In this document: piece by piece, positions 30,764-36,573 of the stretch
Position numbering within the stretch: position 1 is the first letter of the stretch
Layout: every line of letters begins with the position of its first letter
Assembly: GCA_902783485.1 (NCBI GenBank)
Contig: CACZRG010000011.1
Coordinates: forward strand, 1-36,573
Origin: an uncultured Elusimicrobium sp.
GTDB taxonomy: Bacteria; Elusimicrobiota; Elusimicrobia; Elusimicrobiales; UBA9959
Length of the DNA: 36,573 nucleotides
Direction of reading: 5' to 3'
Program-made: the position numbers and the translations under genes
The notes under the pieces: generated by a model
What the model saw: only the letters and a program-made list of their open reading frames with translations
Told to the model about the DNA's origin: nothing
Database searches by the model: none

Positions 30764-31918
30764 ATGTCTAATGAAAAAGAACCGGTTATAATTTACGGAG
30801 GAAGTTTCAACCCTCCCCATTCAGGCCATATATCGCTTGCGAAGGCTGCCTACAGGCAGATAAAGCCAAAAGCCTTCTATTTTGTCCCAAATTTTCATTC
30901 ACCTTTCAAGGAGATGCAGCCTGCCTCTTTCAATGACAGACGGAATATGCTGCAGATAGCAGCCGGTGAGAACTTTATGAATCTGCCCGGCGTTCAGATA
31001 AGTTCGTGGGAGGAGGATCAGAAGAAGATAGTATATACCTGGAAGACCATAGCCCATTTCAGAAGGATTCATCCGAATGCAAAAATATATTTTCTTATGG
31101 GTTCGGACTGCCTGAAATCATTCAATGACTGGCAGCGCAGCAGGAGCATACTAAGAAATGCCTCTCTTCTTGTAGGAATAAGACCAGGTTTCAATATAGT
31201 TGGCGGGGAGGCTCCTTTTGTTCCTCTGAAGGGACTTTTTCCTGCCGCGGCATCATCAGGCATAAGAATAAACATAATTCTTAAACATAAGACACCGGGA
31301 ATAAGCCAGGCTGTAATGGATTACATAAAAAACCGTGGACTGTATTTTTCACAGGAAGTAAATATGCTGCGGAAGGAATTAAGTGCCAGGCGTTACAGGC
31401 ACTGTGTGAATGTTGCCCGCTGTGCCGTGGAACTTGCTCATATATGTGCCGTGCCGGAATACAAGGCTGCAATAGCCGGGCTTCTCCATGACTGCGCAAG
31501 GGAACTTGATGTAGAGGTTCTTAAGGCAATGAGAATACAGGGACCGGTTCTGGGCAGATACAGAAGAGATACCGTAAGGTTTGCCCCCAAACTGCTGCAC
31601 GCTCCGGCCGGAGCAATGATAGCCAGGGAGAGGTATGGTGTAAAGGATAAGGATATTCTTCAGGCAATACAGCTTCATGCAACCGGTATGCCTGATATGC
31701 CACTGCTTTGCAAAATAATCTATATGAGCGATTATCTTTCGGAGGAGAGAAAATTCGCAGGTCTTGACGGTCTGAGGAAACTTGCCGTAACGGATTTTGA
31801 CGCGGCTTTCGCTGCTGTGGCAGCCGCCAAGGCCAGATACCGCGAGGAAAAAAAGTGCTGGGCACATCCCCTGAGTATTCAGTTATGGAAACAGATAAAA
31901 GAAGCAGCGGAAAAATAA
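30764..31918 (+). CDS. nadD: NadD nicotinate-nucleotide adenylyltransferase fused to a YqeK-like HD domain
   Basis: YGGSFNPPHSGH, YFLMGSD, W; then RYRHCVNVA, AGLLHDCAR, LLHAPAG, HATG, IIYMSDYL. Confidence 0.88.
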   Translation: MSNEKEPVIIYGGSFNPPHSGHISLAKAAYRQIKPKAFYFVPNFHSPFKEMQPASFNDRRNMLQIAAGENFMNLPGVQISSWEEDQKKIVYTWKTIAHFRRIHPNAKIYFLMGSDCLKSFNDWQRSRSILRNASLLVGIRPGFNIVGGEAPFVPLKGLFPAAASSGIRINIILKHKTPGISQAVMDYIKNRGLYFSQEVNMLRKELSARRYRHCVNVARCAVELAHICAVPEYKAAIAGLLHDCARELDVEVLKAMRIQGPVLGRYRRDTVRFAPKLLHAPAGAMIARERYGVKDKDILQAIQLHATGMPDMPLLCKIIYMSDYLSEERKFAGLDGLRKLAVTDFDAAFAAVAAAKARYREEKKCWAHPLSIQLWKQIKEAAEK

Positions 31919-32799
31919 AAAAAACAATCCTGCTTGTTTCAGCCGCAGCATTGCTGCTGTGGATTTCATATATTCAGCAGAAATCTCCGCTTTGCCGCGT
32001 TCTGGCGGGACAGCCGGTTATCAATGGTGAGAATCCGGTTGTGGCTGTTGATGATAATTACATTCTGAAAATAGTTTCCGGCGGTATTGAACTTGAAGTT
32101 ATCAGTAAAAAAAGAAATTGTGTAAATTGTGCGCCGGCAAAAAATGAAGAAATAAAATTTATAAAAACAGGCGCAGTAACAGCAGACCCGGAGAAGGCTG
32201 CTGCTGAATTCCTGTCTTTTTCGGAAAAATGGAGATGTCACCCTGTTTTTTTTGTCTCCGCAATAAAAAAAACATTTGGTACTGAATCACATGCCGGTAC
32301 AAATCTTTCCTTCATTGAAAAATTATCACTGCTGCATATCATGCTTAATCAGAAAAAAGAGGATTTCACTCCCGGAACACACAAACTTCTTAATGAAAAC
32401 TGCGGAATAGAGATAATAAACGCCTGTGGAAAAAAGGAAATGACTGCAATAGCATCCGAATGGCTGAAATCACACGGTTTTACACCTTTTGCTGTTTCAG
32501 GAATGATGGCGGTGCAGAAAAAAACAGAAATAATTTCCTACGGCGGGAAAACCGCTGCCGGACTAAGAAAATTTATGTGTTCTGAATCCGGAAAAGAAGA
32601 ATGCTGCCTGCTGAAGAATATGCCTGGCGGATCAGGTTCATATGCTGAAAAGATTTATGTTACCCTTGTTCTGGGTGAAGATGCTGAAAAATTTTTTAAA
32701 TCAGGTAATGTGAAAACAGTAAGGAAAGAAGGAAATAAAACTGTAAAAAAGGCAGCGGTAAAAAAACAGGCTGCGCGAAAATCCACCAGGAAGAGATAA
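31885..32799 (+). CDS. Membrane-anchored protein with a LytR C-terminal-like domain and a Lys/Ala-rich tail
   Basis: N-terminal TM; IEIINACGKKEMTAIASEWLKSHGF..TEII..VTLVLGED resembles LytR_C; fits the usual nadD-yqeK-LCP order. Confidence 0.6.
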   Translation: METDKRSSGKIKKTILLVSAAALLLWISYIQQKSPLCRVLAGQPVINGENPVVAVDDNYILKIVSGGIELEVISKKRNCVNCAPAKNEEIKFIKTGAVTADPEKAAAEFLSFSEKWRCHPVFFVSAIKKTFGTESHAGTNLSFIEKLSLLHIMLNQKKEDFTPGTHKLLNENCGIEIINACGKKEMTAIASEWLKSHGFTPFAVSGMMAVQKKTEIISYGGKTAAGLRKFMCSESGKEECCLLKNMPGGSGSYAEKIYVTLVLGEDAEKFFKSGNVKTVRKEGNKTVKKAAVKKQAARKSTRKR

Positions 32800-32894
32800 C
32801 CCCGTATAACCGCTGCCCGGGAAAAATGTACGGTGGTATGGAAATAAAGCAGAAAAAACATATAGAATAAATATACTAAGGAGAATATAAAATT

Positions 32895-33962
32895 ATGGAC
32901 ATGGTAACCATTCTTAAAACCGCTGTTCAGCTTGGGTCCAGCGATATTCATATATGTGTCAACAAGCCGCCAATGATGAGACTTAACGGCGACATGGTTC
33001 CTATTATGGCCAACCTTCCGCCCCTTAAGGCGGAGCAGACCAAGGCGCTTATTTATTCAACACTTAATTCGGAACAGCGTCAGAAATTCGAGCAGACATG
33101 GGAACTGGACTCTTCTTTTTCGCTTAACGGCGTATCCAGGTTCCGTCTGAATGTTCTTACCACACGTTATGGCGTGGAGGCTGTAATGAGGGTTATTCCT
33201 TCAGTAATACCTTCACCGGAACAGCTTGAGCTTTCACCAAGTATCGTGAATTTTTCCAGACTTCCCAAAGGTCTTGTTCTTGTCACTGGTCCAACAGGTT
33301 CAGGAAAATCAACTACTCTTGCATCTCTTATAAATCAGATAAACGCCAATATGCGCAAGCATATACTTACCATAGAGGACCCCATAGAATTTACATACGA
33401 GCCCAAGTCAAGTATCATAAGGCAGCGCGAGGTGGGCCAGCACACAAAGAGTTTTTCTGCGGCACTGCGCTCTGCGCTGCGAGAAGACCCAAATGTGATA
33501 CTTGTGGGCGAAATGCGCGATCTTGAGACCATTCAGCTTACCATAACTGCTGCGGAAACCGGACATCTTACATTCGCCACGCTGCATACGCAGGATGCTC
33601 CCTCAACAATAGACCGCATTGTTGACGTTTTCCCTACACATCAGCAGGAGCAGATAAGGGTTCAGCTGGCATCATGTCTGCAGGGTGTTGTTTCCCAGAT
33701 TCTGCTGCCCCGCGCGGACGGCAGAGGCCGCATAGCTGCACGCGAGATAATGATAATGACCCCGGCCATAGCCAATCTTGTGCGCGAGGGAAAGACCCAC
33801 ATGATATACAGTGCTGTTGAAACCGGCGCCAAATTCGGCATGATTCCAATGGACAGGGCTTTGGCCAACCTGGTAATACAGAACAAAATAACCTATGAGA
33901 CAGCTCTCTCAAAAGCGCATGACAAGGAAGTCATCATGAAACTTTGCGGAAAAGCTATGTAA
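32895..33962 (+). CDS. pilT: Type IV pilus retraction ATPase PilT
   Basis: SDIHI, GLVLVTGPTGSGKSTTLA, TIEDPIE, QREVG, ALREDPNVILVGEMRD, AETGHL..TLH, AIANLVREGK. Confidence 0.93.
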   Translation: MDMVTILKTAVQLGSSDIHICVNKPPMMRLNGDMVPIMANLPPLKAEQTKALIYSTLNSEQRQKFEQTWELDSSFSLNGVSRFRLNVLTTRYGVEAVMRVIPSVIPSPEQLELSPSIVNFSRLPKGLVLVTGPTGSGKSTTLASLINQINANMRKHILTIEDPIEFTYEPKSSIIRQREVGQHTKSFSAALRSALREDPNVILVGEMRDLETIQLTITAAETGHLTFATLHTQDAPSTIDRIVDVFPTHQQEQIRVQLASCLQGVVSQILLPRADGRGRIAAREIMIMTPAIANLVREGKTHMIYSAVETGAKFGMIPMDRALANLVIQNKITYETALSKAHDKEVIMKLCGKAM

Positions 33963-33971
33963 GGAGGCAAA

Positions 33972-34856
33972 ATGGCGGATCTGGAAAAATTAAAAAAAGT
34001 ATCACTGTTTTACGGTCTTTCCGATCAGACACTGACGGATTTCAAGGATCATTTCAAACTGCTTGATTTTGATTCAGACCATATAATATTCAAGGAAGAC
34101 TCCGAAGGCGACACAATGTACATAATTGTGGACGGCGAGGTTTTCATAGAAAAAAGGCTTGATGCTGAAGAAGTTGAGCATAAGGTTCTGGCAGTTCTTA
34201 CTGACGGCGAATTCTTCGGTGAGATGGCAGTTCTTGAAAATCAGAAGCGTTTTGCCCGCGCCAGGGTAGGGCGGCCGTCTACCATATACGAGATACGCCG
34301 CAGTGATCTTTACGAATTCATAAAAAAATACCCGGAAAGCGGCATTCATTTTTATAACGGCATTATGAGAACACTGCTTAAACGCCTGCGCCATACTTCA
34401 AATGAGCTTACCATGCTCTTTGACCTGTGCCGCCAGCTTATGGTGCAGCATAAAACACCGGCGGACTTTCTTGCCATATCCATTGACGAGATAAGGCCGT
34501 ATCTTGCCGGAAAATGGAATTTCAATGCGTTCATATACAATATGTTCAACGAGGAATATGATCAGTGTTATGAGTTCACCACTTATGATCAGCCTGCGGA
34601 GGAACGCGTTATTCCCGCCAGGCCGGTAAACGGCTGGGCGGATAACCGCACATATTTCATGGTTCTGGAAAGGGACGGCAGAAAACTTGGCTGCGTGCGT
34701 TTCTGCAAGGAAGTTCCTGTGGACAAGGCGGAAAAGAACAATCTGGAAACCATACTCAACACCATTTCGTATATAATCAATGCGAATATTGTTGACGTGG
34801 AGCACCAGGCAGAGCTTGCCCTGCTGGCAAAACTTAAAAAGGCGAAATCGTACTAA
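33972..34856 (+). CDS. Cyclic-nucleotide-binding domain protein with a non-HTH C-terminal domain
   Basis: IFKEDSEGDTMYIIVDGEV, GEFFGEMAVL, RFARARV (cNMP cassette); GGAGG SD. Confidence 0.85.
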   Translation: MADLEKLKKVSLFYGLSDQTLTDFKDHFKLLDFDSDHIIFKEDSEGDTMYIIVDGEVFIEKRLDAEEVEHKVLAVLTDGEFFGEMAVLENQKRFARARVGRPSTIYEIRRSDLYEFIKKYPESGIHFYNGIMRTLLKRLRHTSNELTMLFDLCRQLMVQHKTPADFLAISIDEIRPYLAGKWNFNAFIYNMFNEEYDQCYEFTTYDQPAEERVIPARPVNGWADNRTYFMVLERDGRKLGCVRFCKEVPVDKAEKNNLETILNTISYIINANIVDVEHQAELALLAKLKKAKSY

Positions 34857-34884
34857 TCAGCCCTGGTAAACAGAAAAACGGAAA

Positions 34885-34916
34885 GCGCCGGGAAAACATT
34901 ATTTCCCGGCGTTTTT
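34885..34916 (+). terminator. Intrinsic terminator
   Basis: GCGCCGGGAAA-ACATTA-TTTCCCGGCGT plus T tract. Confidence 0.8.
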
Positions 34917-35119
34917 ATATTGTCCGGAAACACACGGCCAGGCCGGCGGATATTTATTTACCGTCCTTCCCTGTATTATATGAAGAATGTTTTTTCGTTA
35001 ACCTGCGTGTTTCATGTTTTGATGAAGCATTGTTGTATCTTTTTTCCTATTATGTATAATAAGTGAAAAGACCAGGGCAGCTGGTGTTCCTGAATGTAAA
35101 AACAAAAAGGAGAAATGTC

Positions 35120-35719
35120 ATGAAAAAAATATTAGCCATAGCCGCAATAGCTTTAATGATTCCTGCCGCAGCATATTCTCAGCAGTATTCTGAACTGGAC
35201 ATAGGTGTGGGTTTGGCCATACCGGTAAATGATACAGGCCTTCAGGGTCTGACAAATGACAATGTTTCATGGGGTAATGCCGGTTTTGGCCTAAACGCGG
35301 AACTGCTTACGCAGATTAATGATAATCTGTCCCTGGGGCTTGGTCTTGATTACACTTTCTACGGCGGCGAGGAAGAAAACCTGTTTACAGCCATGGGAGC
35401 GCAGAAACTTGAGGTAAGCCCGGAAAGCTATGGCATAACAGCTGCGGCAAGAATAAAACCTGGCGACAGCAGATTCTATTTTCCTGTAGGCATCGGATAT
35501 TCAGTCGTGAAAGCAAATGTGAAATCCAGCGGGCTTACTAATGGTGACAAGGATTATTCCGACGGCGGTATTTCCTATTATGCCGGCCTGGGTTATTCTG
35601 TGACTTCATGGAATTTTGAAGTAAGATATTCTTCACTGCCAAAGGTTAAGGTGGAAAATAACAAAAGCAATAATCTGAATGCCGTGAATATTCTTGTAAA
35701 ATACAGGTTTGCGCTGTAA
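35120..35719 (+). CDS. Outer-membrane beta-barrel protein (OmpA/OmpW-like, small)
   Basis: AAGGAG SD before ATG 35120; signal peptide; alternating beta-strand pattern; C-terminal VKYRF. Confidence 0.8.
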   Translation: MKKILAIAAIALMIPAAAYSQQYSELDIGVGLAIPVNDTGLQGLTNDNVSWGNAGFGLNAELLTQINDNLSLGLGLDYTFYGGEEENLFTAMGAQKLEVSPESYGITAAARIKPGDSRFYFPVGIGYSVVKANVKSSGLTNGDKDYSDGGISYYAGLGYSVTSWNFEVRYSSLPKVKVENNKSNNLNAVNILVKYRFAL

Positions 35720-35734
35720 TAATATTATGCCGGT

Positions 35735-35764
35735 AAAAAAAGCGGGAATTTTCCCGCTTTTTTT
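35735..35764 (+). terminator. Intrinsic terminator
   Basis: AAAAAAAGCGGGAA-TT-TTCCCGCTTTTTTT. Confidence 0.85.
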
Positions 35765-35888
35765 ATGCCCTGATTATGTTTTGCCTGTTAAGACTATATT
35801 TTATTCTCATAAGTTTATACCCCTATAGATATTATATCAGAAAACATTGCCTGGCAATGAGCGCAGAAATTGTGTTATAAAAACTCAG

Positions 35889-35943
35889 TACTACTGCGAA
35901 TTTTGACATGTTTTGTAAAAATTCGCAGTAGTATTGCGAATTT
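35889..35943. repeat. Nested inverted repeats (candidate operator) upstream of the ATPase gene
   Basis: TACTACTGCGAATTTT (35889-904) / AAAATTCGCAGTAGTA (35918-33) is a perfect 16-bp IR; it overlaps the palindrome AAATTCGCA-N7-TGCGAATTT. Confidence 0.7.
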
Positions 35944-35969
35944 ATGCAGATATTGTTATAATTCTCAAT

Positions 35970-36573
35970 ATGATAAAGCGTGAAAAATACATCAGGGAAA
36001 TACGCGGCTTTTATGACAGCGACCTTATAAAGATAATAACAGGCGTAAGGCGTTGCGGGAAATCCGTCATTCTGGAACAGATTCATAATGAGATAAAAAA
36101 GAAAACTGACAATATTGTAAGCCTGGATTTTGACGACAGGGCCGTCACAGACATTATAACCACCTGGAAAGACATCTGCACTTATGTTTCAAAACATAAA
36201 AAAAAGGGGCTTTGCTATGTTTTTCTTGACGAGGTACAGGAAATAGAAGGCTGGGAAACCGCCTGTCGTTCACTGCGTAGGGAAAATTGCTCTGTTTTCA
36301 TAAGCGGCTCAAATTCAAAACTGCTTTCGCGTGAATTTACAAAGGAACTTTCCGGAAGATACGTGGCTTTCAGAATACGCCCTTTTGTGTACAGGGAATT
36401 ACAGGAATATGCCACACAGTTAGGCAAAAACATAAGCATATCCGACTATCTTGTATGGGGAGGCTTCCCTAAACGCATTGAATTTAATTCGGAGGCAGAG
36501 CAGAGAAGATACCTTAATGACCTTGACGACACAATAGTTGCCAATGACGTGATAAACAGGTATAAGATAAGAA
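35970..36573 (+). CDS. AAA_14 / COG1373 (DUF4143-type) ATPase, truncated by the window end
   Basis: Hand translation: MIKREKYIREI..IITGVRRCGKS..YVFLDEVQ..W..ISGSNSKLL..LSGRY..WGGFP; absent from the ORF track because it has no stop in the window. Confidence 0.85.
   Translation, partial: MIKREKYIREIRGFYDSDLIKIITGVRRCGKSVILEQIHNEIKKKTDNIVSLDFDDRAVTDIITTWKDICTYVSKHKKKGLCYVFLDEVQEIEGWETACRSLRRENCSVFISGSNSKLLSREFTKELSGRYVAFRIRPFVYRELQEYATQLGKNISISDYLVWGGFPKRIEFNSEAEQRRYLNDLDDTIVANDVINRYKIR

Noticed and set aside
35008-35029. TGTTTCAT-N6-ATGAAGCA inverted repeat as a parS or CRP site
   Set aside because: Spacing does not fit parS, it is a single imperfect copy, and the neighbouring cNMP protein has no HTH

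Overview
Bacterial chromosomal origin region, plausibly from an Elusimicrobiota-like diderm (inferred from gene content, not database-checked). Left to right: McrB-like GTPase, mscS, ychF, pcrA/uvrD; a pilM-pilN fusion/pilO/unknown exported protein operon; a small conserved protein; asd; parA-parB plus a downstream secreted protein; a 2.2-kb AT-rich non-coding tract; an SPFH gene, kdsC, ccdA; dnaA-dnaN-dciA-gyrB-gyrA (no recF); then DUF2064, a nadD-HD fusion, a LytR_C protein, pilT, a cNMP-binding protein, an outer-membrane beta-barrel and a truncated AAA_14 ATPase. The most notable signal is a divergent origin/partition apparatus. (1) Five copies of an 18-bp palindrome TGTTTTCACGTGAAAACA, a variant of the 16-bp parS, lie 270-400 bp apart in the AT-rich tract. 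(2) ParA ends in a MinD-like amphipathic helix. (3) ParB has a ~150-aa low-complexity linker. (4) DnaA has substitutions at box-reading residues, and the local boxes read TTATNNACA rather than TTATCCACA. (5) The same three-box module occurs upstream of dnaA and beside the last parS-like site. dnaN also carries a 1-nt frame break near its 5' end, most likely an assembly error.
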